A stretch of 62,878 nucleotides of DNA, the filler included, from Candidatus Rokuibacteriota bacterium (GTDB taxonomy: Bacteria > JAUVQV01 > DATDCY01): the NCBI GenBank assembly GCA_031406795.1. It is 7 parts of 7 records of this genome, joined end to end, with 100 filler letters (N's around TTAATTAATTAA, not from the genome) between each part and the next. Parts side by side here need not be neighbours in the genome. Positions count along the whole stretch, not along the records: positions 15,853 to 36,865 come from JANOHV010000006.1; 6 more parts are not named here. One strand, 5' to 3'. Under the pieces are notes generated by a model that was not told the origin of the DNA, made no database searches, and was given only the letters and a program-made list of their open reading frames with translations. Made by a program: the position numbers and the translations under genes. Positions 26,559 through 36,289 of the stretch are shown piece by piece. Every line of letters begins with the position of its first letter. Position 1 is the stretch's first letter.

Positions 26559-28043
26559 TCATTGGACCATCTCCCGCAGCTTCTCCACGATCCGCACCAT
26601 CGCCAGCGTGTCGAGACCGCAGTAATCGAGCAGGGCATTGCGGATGCGGGCCACCTCCTGCGGGTCCTGGGTGGCGCACATCTCGTAGTAGGCGGTCATC
26701 GCCATTCCACCGTTGGCGACATCCATCTCATCGTACGAGAGTTCGGGGACGAGGAGCGGCAACACGTCCTTGATCGAGGAGGACCCCTTCTGTTGCCAGA
26801 AGTAGACCGAGCGGGCCTGGAAGAGTTTGATCGGGTCGTGGAATGACTCCAGCAGGCGCCCGATCCGCGTAGCGTACGGCGGGAGGTGCTTGGCAAGTTC
26901 GCGGAGCCTGGTCTTCTCGAAAGACTCATACCAGGCGATGACACTCGCGCCCTCGGGGATCTGCCCGAGGAGCGTCGCGGTAAGCTCTTCCCTCGGGTCA
27001 ATACCGGGCTGTGCCAGGAACTCGTGGTGCACGAGAGCCGCGCCTTCGCTCGGCTGGACGTGCAATGAGTACTGGAAGGGGATCATTTTATAGGGGCGCG
27101 ATTCATCGAACAGCGGGATTGCCGGGTTCACCGTCTCGAAATCGAGATAGCAGATGGGATAGCGGAGTGCGTCGAGAAACCGGCGAACTTCCTTCGTCTT
27201 GAGGGTGTTGCACTGCTTGATGGTCGATTCGACCTGGTGTCGTTGCTTTTCGCTCAACAAGTTTGCCGGGATGTCGCTCTGGCGCACCATTCCCTGACGG
27301 TACAAATCGAATCGCTTCGAGACAGTGAGCCTGCCAACCGTGAACACCGAGTCCTCCGGGATGTGCTGCCAGCAGTGCTTGTGGAAGTCGCAGTCGTACG
27401 GATCGCTGCAATGCGATCCGATGTCGATCGTCGGCATCTTCTCCTGGAGCATTGCCCGCATTTCGGCGATCTCGGACCCAATGTCCGTCTGCATCTTCCT
27501 GACGTCGGCCGTGATGTCCACAATCTTGAAGAGTTTCTGGACGTCGATGTCGCCGCGGCGTGTGTAGCGATTGTCGACGTGGACTATGGCAACTTTCGCG
27601 ATCTTCAGCCCGGCGCCGGCGAGGACATACAACTGGATCGCCGCATCGAAATAATAGTGCTCCTTGACCTCGGCAGCCCCCTTCACCTCGAGGATCTCCC
27701 AGCCCGCGTCGCCGCGGTGCAGGATGTCGACCTTGACGAAGACGCCGTCATGCTCGAACGTTGCCTCGTAGATGGTCTCCTTGCCCTGATCGAGGAGATC
27801 TTGCGTCATCGCCAGCTGCTCGGGGTGTGTCATGCCCTCGTAGGGAACTTCGACGCCGCCCGGGAAGAGCTGCTGCGCCAGCTTCCCGATCTCGTGGCCG
27901 CTGCGGAACCGCGCCTGCAGACTCGCGTCGGCTTCCTCGCTCAGATCCGGCTGGTGCTTCCTCAGCCAGAGCCTCTTGTGGCACTGATGACCGGCCATGA
28001 ACAACGATTTACTGAGGTATCCCGACACCTTACGCTCTGCCAT
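26559..28043 (-). CDS. DUF2779-domain protein (Cas4-like PD-(D/E)xK N-domain + RNase H/exonuclease-like C-domain)
   Basis: LSKS..QCHKRLWL, YEATF, VDIL..ILEVK, CSDPYDCDFHKHC, YLDFET, PFQYSLH, SIKDVLP, YCGLDTLAMV; GGAGGAG RBS. Confidence 0.88.
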   Translation of the reverse strand: MAERKVSGYLSKSLFMAGHQCHKRLWLRKHQPDLSEEADASLQARFRSGHEIGKLAQQLFPGGVEVPYEGMTHPEQLAMTQDLLDQGKETIYEATFEHDGVFVKVDILHRGDAGWEILEVKGAAEVKEHYYFDAAIQLYVLAGAGLKIAKVAIVHVDNRYTRRGDIDVQKLFKIVDITADVRKMQTDIGSEIAEMRAMLQEKMPTIDIGSHCSDPYDCDFHKHCWQHIPEDSVFTVGRLTVSKRFDLYRQGMVRQSDIPANLLSEKQRHQVESTIKQCNTLKTKEVRRFLDALRYPICYLDFETVNPAIPLFDESRPYKMIPFQYSLHVQPSEGAALVHHEFLAQPGIDPREELTATLLGQIPEGASVIAWYESFEKTRLRELAKHLPPYATRIGRLLESFHDPIKLFQARSVYFWQQKGSSSIKDVLPLLVPELSYDEMDVANGGMAMTAYYEMCATQDPQEVARIRNALLDYCGLDTLAMVRIVEKLREMVQ

Positions 28044-28083
28044 GATCTTTTCCACTCCTCCCCGAGTGTATGATACTGTTGCC

Positions 28084-28116
28084 AAAATAAGCCTCAGGTG
28101 TGACAGAATCGGACGC
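28084..28116 (-). promoter_or_regulatory. Putative WYL-regulator operator/promoter of the DUF2779 operon
   Basis: Minus strand GCGTCCGATTCTGTCACACCT-N6-TATTTT in the divergent spacer; twin of 18024-18056. Confidence 0.75.
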
Positions 28117-28127
28117 AGCAGTAGTGA

Positions 28128-29165
28128 ATGTTTTCCTGGGGGATGACTATGTATTGGGCGCGGCACCTGGTCAAGCTGCTCAAAGCGGTCGAACTCATCG
28201 GCCGGCCGCAGGGCGCCACGATCGACGAACTGGTGGAGCGGCTCGAGATAAACAAGCGTACCGCCTACCGGATGATTGAAACGATGGACGAGATGAGCTT
28301 CCCGTTCTACGAGGACACTTCGTCACTGGACGGAAAAAAACACTATCAGTTCGAGCCGCACTTCTTGAAGAAACTCCCCAACCTGAGCGTGCCGGAGCTG
28401 CGGCTCTCGCTCTCCGAGATCATCGCGCTGTCGTTCATCCGGGGGAGCAGCGGCCCGTTCAAGGGAACCGACGTCGAGGAGGACATCGAGAGCGCGTTCA
28501 GGAAGATGGACGCCTTCATACCCGAGAAGTTCGTGACGCAGCTGGACAAGGTGCGGACCCTCTTCACCGCCCCAGGCCGTTTCACGAAGGACTACCGCGA
28601 CAAGGACGAGGTCATCGGCGCCCTCACCGACGCGATGTTCAAGCAACTGACCTGCCTCGTGGAGTACCACTCCTTCCACGACGACAAGGTGAAGCACTTC
28701 AAGATCGACCCGCTGCGGTTCGTCGAACGCGACGGCGGGCTGTACGTCTTCGTCAATACGACGAGCTACGGAGACATCCGGCTCCTTGCCGTGGAGCGGA
28801 TCCTGAAACTGACGCCAAGCGACAAACAATTCACGGTGCCCGAGGATTTCGACCCTGACACGTTGCTCGAGACCGCCTTCAACCTGACCATCGGTGATCC
28901 CGTCACGGTGAAGGTACGGTTCTCCGCGGACCAGGCCCGCTACGTGAAGGAGCGCCGCTGGGCGGCCACGCAGACCCTGACCGACCAGCCCGACGGCTCG
29001 GTGATCCTCGAACTCGAAACCTCCGGCCGCTGGGATGTGAAGCGCTGGGTGCTCGCGTTCGGCGCGGATGCGGAACTCCTGGAGCCCGAGGATCTGCGGC
29101 AGGAGATCGCCGCGGATCTCGGCAGCATGATTAAGGCATATTCTCGAAAAACCAAGCATCATTAG
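28128..29165 (+). CDS. wHTH-WYL-WCX transcriptional regulator (YafY/BrxR/DriD-like)
   Basis: N-terminal HTH (TIDELVERLEINKRTAYR), IDPLRF..GGLYV..LAVERI, WCX (WVLAFGADAELLEPEDLR). Start may be 28143 or 28149. Confidence 0.93.
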   Translation: MFSWGMTMYWARHLVKLLKAVELIGRPQGATIDELVERLEINKRTAYRMIETMDEMSFPFYEDTSSLDGKKHYQFEPHFLKKLPNLSVPELRLSLSEIIALSFIRGSSGPFKGTDVEEDIESAFRKMDAFIPEKFVTQLDKVRTLFTAPGRFTKDYRDKDEVIGALTDAMFKQLTCLVEYHSFHDDKVKHFKIDPLRFVERDGGLYVFVNTTSYGDIRLLAVERILKLTPSDKQFTVPEDFDPDTLLETAFNLTIGDPVTVKVRFSADQARYVKERRWAATQTLTDQPDGSVILELETSGRWDVKRWVLAFGADAELLEPEDLRQEIAADLGSMIKAYSRKTKHH

Positions 29166-29191
29166 ACAAATCGTTTATGGAGCACATGCCT

Positions 29192-29285
29192 GGCGGAGGG
29201 GTGGCGCGGAGGGGAGGACTCCATCGGCGGAACGGAGTGAGCACGATGGAGATCCGCAGCGTCGGGACCCCGCAGCCTGCACGGG
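29192..29285 (+). repeat. Dispersed structured element, short copy
   Basis: Shares a 5' block, a TCCGCAGCG core and a 21-nt 3' block with 53873-54107; CTCCATCG/CGATGGAG stem. Confidence 0.75.
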
Positions 29286-29292
29286 GAGGAAG

Positions 29293-32200
29293 ATGATGAG
29301 AAGAGTCACGCGTGCCTTGGCGTTCACTCTGGGTGCAGCACTGATAACTGCCGCCGTTGCAGCGACCGCACCGCCTCCCGCCCACAGCGCGACCCGCCCC
29401 GTCGCCGCCTCCGGCACCCTCATCGTCCCGGACCGCTTCCTCCGCAGCTGGGACCCGCTGACCATCTTCTTTGCCAGGGACACCGGCCCCGCCAAGGCCG
29501 GCCCCGAGGATGACCCCGAACGCCTCGTCACCCTCACTCCCGACCAGCCCGGCGCCTGGACTTGGCTCGACGCGCGCACGCTGCAGTTCCGGCCCGCCGA
29601 CCCCTGGCCGCCGCTGACGCGCTTCGCGGTGCGGGCGGGCGGCGCCAGCGCCTCGATCGACACCCTGGTCAACCCGCCGAGCGAAACTATTCCGCCCGCC
29701 GGGGAAACCGGCCTGCTGCCGCTCGCCGAAATCACGCTGGTCTTCCCCGAAGCGCTCGACGCCGAGGCCCTGGCCCGCATGCTCTCCGTCCAGATCCGCC
29801 CGTTGCCCGGCGTCGCAAGCGACGGGGCCGCAACGCTCTCCCGGGAGGACTACGCAGTGCGCGCACTCGAGCGCGCCGCGGCCGCCGACCCGGCCCGCTA
29901 CGTCGTGCGTTTTCGCGAACCGATCCCCTGGGGCCGCCAGGTGGTGCTGCGCCTGCGCCTCTCGCTCGCCGATGCCGGCGAGGGTGTCGCCGAACTGACC
30001 TTCGCGACCGCCGAGCCCTTCCGTGTCGTCTCGGTCAGCCCGAGCTACAGCCGCCGCCTGCCGGTGACGGCCGCCGGCAGCCGTTACGACCGCGACCAGG
30101 CGATCGCCGGCCCGCCCGAAGGCCGCCAGATCGAGATCGAGTTCTCCACGCCCCCGCGCGACCTCGGCCCGGTCGAGGCGCGCAATCTCGTGCGCCTCAC
30201 GCCACCCGTCGACGGCCTCGAATTCTCGGTCGAGGGCAGCGCGCTGCTCGTGCGCGGCGACTTCGCCCGCGAGACGCTCTACCGCCTCGACCTGGTGCCG
30301 GCGCACCTGGCCGACAAGCATGGCCGCGCACTCGCCATGTCCGGCGAGAGCACGGTCTGGTTTCACTTCCCCCAGCCCGCCCATTTCCTGCGCTGGGGCG
30401 CCAGCCAGGGGATCCTCGAGCGCTTCGGCCCGCAGATGGCCCCGCTCAAGGGGCGGGGTGAGGAGCGCGTCGATCTGCGCATCCACCGCGTGGACCCGCT
30501 CGACCGCTCCTTCTGGCCGTTCCCGCCGCTCGCCGTCGCCGTCGACGAGTCGCGGCGCCCACCCGGCCCCGGCGAAGAGCCGGGGGCCTTCACCGACCCG
30601 GGCCGGCCGATCACGCCGGAGGCGCTGACCGCGCGGATCGCCGCCCTCGGCTCCCCGGCCGTATCGGCGCTCGTCGATCTGCCGCTGCGCCGCGAGAAGG
30701 GGAGCGCGGCCTTCGGTCTCGACCTGGCGCCGCACCTGGCCTTCATCGCAGGTAAGGGCGAGCCGGGGCACTACCTGGTCGGCATCCGCGAACTCGGGCG
30801 CTCGACGATCAGGAACTGGATGCGCGTTCAGGTGACCGACCTCGCCGTCGCCACGCTGGAGGAGCCCGCGGCGGTCCGCTTCGCGGTGACTTCGCTCGCC
30901 ACCGGGGCGACGATCGCCGGGGCCCGCGTGCGCGTCGAAGGCTTGTATGCCTTCGAAGGCAAGCCGCTGGAATGGCGAACGCTCGCCGAGGGGACCACCG
31001 GCGCCGACGGCGCGTTTACCTGGGCTGCGCCGGGCTCCTCCTCGCGCGAGCGACGCCAGGTGCGGCGGATCGTCGTCGAGAACGGCAAGGATGTGCTCGC
31101 CCTCGACGCCGCGACGCCGCCCGACGGCTATGGCGACGGTCTCTGGGAACCGGCGCGCGGCACCTGGCTGCAGTGGGCGTTCGAGGCGCTCGACCAGCGA
31201 AAACCCGCGGCGGAAGCGCTCTGCCACATTTTCACCGAGCGCCCGCTCTACCGGCCGGAGGAGGAAGTCTTCATCGCGGGTTGGGTGCGCAAGCGCGAGA
31301 AGGGCACCCTCGCGATAGCCGGCGGCAAAGGCACGCTGGTCGTGCGCGGCCCCGGCGATCTGGAGTGGCGCTACCCGCTCGTCCTTAGCGCGACCGGCGG
31401 CTTCTTCCAGCGGTTCTCGCAGCAGAAACTGCCGACGGGCGAATACGCGGCGCGCTTCGAGGACGCCAAAGGCCGCTCCCTCGCCGAGGTCGCCTTCAGG
31501 ATGGAGGCCTACCGGCTGCCGTTGTTCGAGGTGCGGCTGCACGGCCCGGACACGACGGCGCTCGATCGCGACGTCACGATCAACCTCACGGCTTCGTTCT
31601 ACGCCGGCGGCAAGGTGGCCGGGCGGCCGCTGCAGTGGCGCGTGACCCAGTTCCCGTACACCTGGACCCCCGAGCGGCGCCCCGGGTTCTTCTACTCCTC
31701 GGACGGACGCTTTTCGAAGACCGGCCGTTTCGAATCGACCCCGGCGCTGGTGCGCCAGGATGCGACCGACGCCGACGGCGCCGCGGCGCTCTCGCTCAAT
31801 CCGGGCCTCGAGCCAACCGCCCAGCCGCGCCAGTACATCGTCGAGGCCACCGTCACCGGCGCCGACGACCAGACGGTGACCGCGACCAAGCGGGTGCTCG
31901 CCCTCCCCGCCTTCGTGCTCGGCCTCAAGGTGCCGCGCTACGTCGAGCGCGCCGAGCGGCTCGAACCCGAGGTGATCGCGGTGGGGCCGGACGGCAAGCC
32001 GCTGGCGGGTCTGCCGATCACGGTGCGCCTGCTGCGGCGCTCCTGGCACTCGGTGCTGCGCGCCGGCGATTTCTCGGAGGGTGCCGCCAAGTACCAGACC
32101 GACGTCGTCGACGAAAAGATCGTCGAGATCACCGTCAAGAGCGGCGATGCGCCGGTGAAAGTGCCACTGGCGCTGGCCGGCGCCGGCGTCTACGTAGTCG

Positions 32201-35118
32201 AACTGGAGGCGCGCGACCGCCTCGAGCGGGCGCAGACGGTGGCGGTCGACCTCTATGCCGGCGGCGCTGAGGCCCTCGCATGGTCCAAGCCCGTGGCGGG
32301 TGTGTTCACCGCGGCCTCGGACAAGAAGGAGTATGCGCCCGGCGAGACGGCGACCATCGTGCTCGCCAGCCCGTTCCAGACGGGCCGCGCGCTGGCGATC
32401 GTCGAAGCGCCCGAGGGCAATCGCTACACGTGGGTGGACGTGCGCGGCGGCGCCGCGACTTTCCCGGTGCCGATTCTGCCGACGTTCGTGCCCCGGCTGC
32501 CGGTGCACTTCGTGCTGATGCGCGGGCGGCCCGCGGGGACCGCGCCGCTGCCGGGCACCGTGACCGACCTCGGCCGCCCGACCACGGTCGCCGCAACCAC
32601 CTGGATCAACGTGAGCCCCGTCGAGAACAAGGTCGACGTAACGCTGAGCAGCCCGGAGAAGGCGCAGCCCGGGGACGAGATCACCGTGAAGATCCGCCTC
32701 GCCGACCCGCGCGGCGCGCCGCTGTCGGGCGAAGTCGCGCTCTGGCTCGTCGACCAGGCGGTGCTCTCGCTCGCGACGGAGCAGCGTCTCGACCCACTGC
32801 CGGATTTCATCTCGGAGGTCGTCTCGCGCCTGCTCGTGCGCGACACGCGCAATCTCGTCGTCGGCTTCCTGCCGTTCGCCGAGACCCCGGGCGGCGACAT
32901 GGCGAAGATGCGCGAGGCGCTCGACCTGTTCGACCGCACGACGGTGCGGCGCAATTTCAAGACAGTGCCCTACTTCAACCCGGCGATCGCCGTCGGCGCG
33001 GACGGCCTGGCCGAAGTGCGCGTCGCGCTTCCCGACAACCTGACGAATTTCAAGCTGCGCGCCAAAGCGGTCAGCGGCGCCGGGCGCTTCGGTTTCGCGA
33101 CCGGGCAGATCGCGGTGCGGCTGCCGGTGATCGTCCAGCCGGCGCTGCCGCGCTTCGTCCGCCCCGGCGACTCCTTCCAGGCGGGGTTCACCGGGCGCAT
33201 CGTCGAAGGCGAGGGCGGCGCCGGGCGGGGTCAGATGCAAGTCGAAGGGGCCACGATGCTGGCGGCCGGAACGTCGGAGTTCCTGATGAGGCCGAACGTC
33301 ACGGAGCGGGTGGAATTTCCGGTGAGCGTCCCGTCGCCACAGTTCACCGCCGCGGGAAGGCTTGCACAGGAGGAGATCGTCGTTCGCGCCGCCATCGAGC
33401 GAACAGCCGACGGCGCGCGCGACGCCTTCGAGATCCGGCTGCCGATCCGCGACGACCGCGAGCGGGTGCGTCTGCGCACCATCGAGGAGCTGGCCCCCGG
33501 CGTTGTCGCCCGACTCGAAGCGCTCCCCGAGCCGGCGCGCCCCGGTACGACGCGACGGCGCCTGCTCGTCTCGGACCAGCCGGCCCTCGTCAAGATGGCT
33601 GCCGGCCTCGATTTCCTGATGAGCTACCCGTACGGTTGCACCGAGCAGCGCATCAGCGAGGCGCGCGCGCATCTGGCGTTCGCGAAGTTCCGCGAGATCC
33701 TCGCGCTGGGTGACGTCGCAACGGCGAGCGAAAACGCGGTGCGCCAGGCGCTCGAGTGGCTGCCCGGCGTCGTGGACGAGGGCGGCCTCGCCTCCTACTG
33801 GCCGGGCGGACCCGGCTATGTCTCGCTGACCGCGTGGGCTGCGCGGTTCGCGGTCGAGGCGAAGGCCGCCGGCTACCCGGTCGACCAGCCGCTGCTCGAT
33901 CGGATGCTGCGCGCACTCGAACAGGCGCTGCGTTCGGACTACGGGCGTTTCGTCGACGGGGAATCCTTCTCCGAGCGCTGCCAGGCGCTCGGCGCGCTGG
34001 CGGCCGCGGGCAGGTTCAACGCCGCCTACGCGGCCGAACTGGCGCGCCAGGCGCAGTTCCTGAACATGGAGGGGACCGCGGAGGTGCTCCTCGCCTTCAC
34101 GGCGCCGGGCGGCGGCGCAAGCGCCGGCACGACGCGGGAACTGGCGAAGAAACTCGCCGACGGCGTGGCGACGCGCCTCTGGCAGGGGCGCGAGATCTAC
34201 GCCGGACTGCGCGAGGACTGGTCCGGGCGCAACCCGCTCGTGCTCCCCGACGAGACGGCGGCGGTCGCCGTCATGGCCCAGGCGCTCGCGCGGGCGAACG
34301 CCGAACCGGCGCGGCAGAAAATCCTCGTCGACGCCCTCGTCGCCCTCGGCCGCGGGGACGGCTGGGGCACCACGCGCGCCAATGCGGCGGCGCTGCTCGG
34401 GCTGGCGCAGTTTCTCGCGCCGCCCTTCGAGGGGAGCCGCCCGCGCACGGTGACGGTGCGCATCGGCGACACGCGGCAGACGCTGACCACCGATGCCGCG
34501 CACCCCGTCGGCGTGTACAACGCGCCGAGCGGCGCGGCCGGCGAAGTCCTGCTCGGCGGCAGCGAGCCCGGAACAGTCGTGCTGCGCACCGACACCGAAT
34601 ACGTCCCGCTCGCCGACGGCAGCACGGTGGCCCCGGCGGCGCAGGGTTTCGCGGTCTCGCGCGAACTGCTGCGCATCCACGCCGACGGGTCCCCGCCCGA
34701 GCGGGTCGCGCTGGATGCGGCGAGTCGCACCATCAGCCTGACAGTCGGCGAGGTCATCGAAGAGCGCGTGCGAATCGTCAACCCGTCCGACCGCCACTTC
34801 GTCGCCGTGGTCGTGCCGCTCGCCGCCGGCATGGAGCCGTTGAATCCCAAGCTCGCAACCGCGCCCCCGGAGGCCCAGCCCACCGGCGCGATCACGCTGG
34901 CGCCCACCTACGCCGCCTACCTCGACGACCAGGCGGCGTTCTACTACGACACGCTGCCCAAGGGCACCTACGAGTTCGCGTTCCGCACGCGGGCGACGGT
35001 GCCGGGGAGCTACGTGCAGCCGCCGGCCAAAGCCGAGCTGATGTACGACGGCGCGGTGCGCGGCAACGGCGCCGGGGCGCGGGTGGAGGTGTCAAGGGCC
35101 GCGGCGGCGGTGAAGTAG
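29293..35118 (+). CDS. Bacterial alpha-2-macroglobulin
   Basis: 1941 aa with signal peptide; TERPLYRP, LPDNLT, PRFVRPGD, thioester motif YPYGCTEQ, PPAKAELMY. Confidence 0.93.
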   Translation: MMRRVTRALAFTLGAALITAAVAATAPPPAHSATRPVAASGTLIVPDRFLRSWDPLTIFFARDTGPAKAGPEDDPERLVTLTPDQPGAWTWLDARTLQFRPADPWPPLTRFAVRAGGASASIDTLVNPPSETIPPAGETGLLPLAEITLVFPEALDAEALARMLSVQIRPLPGVASDGAATLSREDYAVRALERAAAADPARYVVRFREPIPWGRQVVLRLRLSLADAGEGVAELTFATAEPFRVVSVSPSYSRRLPVTAAGSRYDRDQAIAGPPEGRQIEIEFSTPPRDLGPVEARNLVRLTPPVDGLEFSVEGSALLVRGDFARETLYRLDLVPAHLADKHGRALAMSGESTVWFHFPQPAHFLRWGASQGILERFGPQMAPLKGRGEERVDLRIHRVDPLDRSFWPFPPLAVAVDESRRPPGPGEEPGAFTDPGRPITPEALTARIAALGSPAVSALVDLPLRREKGSAAFGLDLAPHLAFIAGKGEPGHYLVGIRELGRSTIRNWMRVQVTDLAVATLEEPAAVRFAVTSLATGATIAGARVRVEGLYAFEGKPLEWRTLAEGTTGADGAFTWAAPGSSSRERRQVRRIVVENGKDVLALDAATPPDGYGDGLWEPARGTWLQWAFEALDQRKPAAEALCHIFTERPLYRPEEEVFIAGWVRKREKGTLAIAGGKGTLVVRGPGDLEWRYPLVLSATGGFFQRFSQQKLPTGEYAARFEDAKGRSLAEVAFRMEAYRLPLFEVRLHGPDTTALDRDVTINLTASFYAGGKVAGRPLQWRVTQFPYTWTPERRPGFFYSSDGRFSKTGRFESTPALVRQDATDADGAAALSLNPGLEPTAQPRQYIVEATVTGADDQTVTATKRVLALPAFVLGLKVPRYVERAERLEPEVIAVGPDGKPLAGLPITVRLLRRSWHSVLRAGDFSEGAAKYQTDVVDEKIVEITVKSGDAPVKVPLALAGAGVYVVELEARDRLERAQTVAVDLYAGGAEALAWSKPVAGVFTAASDKKEYAPGETATIVLASPFQTGRALAIVEAPEGNRYTWVDVRGGAATFPVPILPTFVPRLPVHFVLMRGRPAGTAPLPGTVTDLGRPTTVAATTWINVSPVENKVDVTLSSPEKAQPGDEITVKIRLADPRGAPLSGEVALWLVDQAVLSLATEQRLDPLPDFISEVVSRLLVRDTRNLVVGFLPFAETPGGDMAKMREALDLFDRTTVRRNFKTVPYFNPAIAVGADGLAEVRVALPDNLTNFKLRAKAVSGAGRFGFATGQIAVRLPVIVQPALPRFVRPGDSFQAGFTGRIVEGEGGAGRGQMQVEGATMLAAGTSEFLMRPNVTERVEFPVSVPSPQFTAAGRLAQEEIVVRAAIERTADGARDAFEIRLPIRDDRERVRLRTIEELAPGVVARLEALPEPARPGTTRRRLLVSDQPALVKMAAGLDFLMSYPYGCTEQRISEARAHLAFAKFREILALGDVATASENAVRQALEWLPGVVDEGGLASYWPGGPGYVSLTAWAARFAVEAKAAGYPVDQPLLDRMLRALEQALRSDYGRFVDGESFSERCQALGALAAAGRFNAAYAAELARQAQFLNMEGTAEVLLAFTAPGGGASAGTTRELAKKLADGVATRLWQGREIYAGLREDWSGRNPLVLPDETAAVAVMAQALARANAEPARQKILVDALVALGRGDGWGTTRANAAALLGLAQFLAPPFEGSRPRTVTVRIGDTRQTLTTDAAHPVGVYNAPSGAAGEVLLGGSEPGTVVLRTDTEYVPLADGSTVAPAAQGFAVSRELLRIHADGSPPERVALDAASRTISLTVGEVIEERVRIVNPSDRHFVAVVVPLAAGMEPLNPKLATAPPEAQPTGAITLAPTYAAYLDDQAAFYYDTLPKGTYEFAFRTRATVPGSYVQPPAKAELMYDGAVRGNGAGARVEVSRAAAAVK

Positions 35119-35143
35119 GCTCTCGACGAACCGGGGGTAACCC

Positions 35144-36289
35144 ATGCGCCTCCTGCTGTTCCTCCTGATCGCCCTGCACGGGCTCATCCACCTGATGGGC
35201 TTTGCGAAGGCGTTCAGGTACGCCGAACTCAGCCAGCTGACGAAGGAGATCTCGCGGCCGGCAGGTCTGGCCTGGCTCCTCTGCGCGCTGCTGTTCACGG
35301 GCGCCGGTGCGCTGCTGATCTTCCGGCAGACGTCCTGGTGGTGGGCGGCTCTTCCGGCGCTGATCCTCTCGCAGGCGCTCATCTTCGCCTTCTGGCGCGA
35401 CGCAAAGTACGGCACGATCGTCAACCTGATCATCCTGCTGCCGGTGCTTGCGATGGCGGCGGAGGCCCGCCCCGGCAGCTTCGGCAACCGGTTCCGGGCC
35501 GCGGTCCGTGAAGGCCTGGCGCGCCAGGGGCAGGCGCCCCTCGTCAGCGACGCCGACTTGCACCACCTTCCCGCCCCGGTCCAGAAATACCTGCGCTTCG
35601 CCGGTGTGGTGGGCAGGCCCCGAATCCGCAATTTCCGGGCGACGTTCACCGGAGAATTCCGCAACGGACTGAAGAGTCCCTGGATGTCCTTCAGCTCGGA
35701 GCAGTACAACTTCTCCGACCCGCCGGCCCGGCTCTTCCTGATGAAGGCGACGATGTACGGCCTGCCCGTCGAAGGCCTGCATCTCTTCCGGGACGACGGC
35801 GCCACGATGCAGATCAAGGCGGCGTCCCTGTTGCAGGTGGTGGACGCCAGGGGCCCCAAGATGGACCAGGGCGAGACGGTGACGCTCTTCAACGACCTGT
35901 GCCTGATGGCGCCGGCCGCGCTGATCAACCGGGAGCGCATCCAGTGGGAGGAGGTCGGCCCCCTCCAGACGCGCGCCCGCTTCACCCACCGGGGCATCAC
36001 CATCAGCGCGCTGCTTTCCTTCAACGAGGCCGGCGAGTTGACCGATTTCGTCTCGAACGACCGCTTCCTCTCCTGCGACGGCAAGACCTACCTGAGCTAC
36101 CCGTGGTCGACGCCGGTGCACGGGTACCGGGATCTCGGCGGACGCAGGGTCGCGGAGAGCGCCGACGCCGTCTGGCACACGCCCGAGGGCGCGTTCGTCT
36201 ACGGCAAGTTCAAACTGGCCGGGATCGAATACAACCTCGAGCCCGCGGGGGAGCGTGCGGCGGCCGGCCCGCTCCGGCCAGTGCGATGA
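35144..36289 (+). CDS. Membrane-anchored conserved protein (DUF6544-like)
   Basis: Several N-terminal TM segments, then LPAPVQKYLRFAGVVG, QGETVT, PWSTP. Confidence 0.75.
   Translation: MRLLLFLLIALHGLIHLMGFAKAFRYAELSQLTKEISRPAGLAWLLCALLFTGAGALLIFRQTSWWWAALPALILSQALIFAFWRDAKYGTIVNLIILLPVLAMAAEARPGSFGNRFRAAVREGLARQGQAPLVSDADLHHLPAPVQKYLRFAGVVGRPRIRNFRATFTGEFRNGLKSPWMSFSSEQYNFSDPPARLFLMKATMYGLPVEGLHLFRDDGATMQIKAASLLQVVDARGPKMDQGETVTLFNDLCLMAPAALINRERIQWEEVGPLQTRARFTHRGITISALLSFNEAGELTDFVSNDRFLSCDGKTYLSYPWSTPVHGYRDLGGRRVAESADAVWHTPEGAFVYGKFKLAGIEYNLEPAGERAAAGPLRPVR

Noticed and set aside
26449-26562. Short ORF MTHWKRCF.. overlapping the DUF2779 stop
   Set aside because: 37 codons with no features; the TTG at 26479 with an AAGGAG RBS explains the downstream gene better.
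26559-28043. DUF2779 protein as evidence of a CRISPR-Cas locus
   Set aside because: No cas1/cas2 and no repeat-spacer array seen anywhere in the window.
21204-34797. Very long antisense ORFs (21204-24344, 29131-34797) and similar ones opposite thrS and DUF438
   Set aside because: Stop-free shadows expected opposite high-GC3 genes; no motifs.
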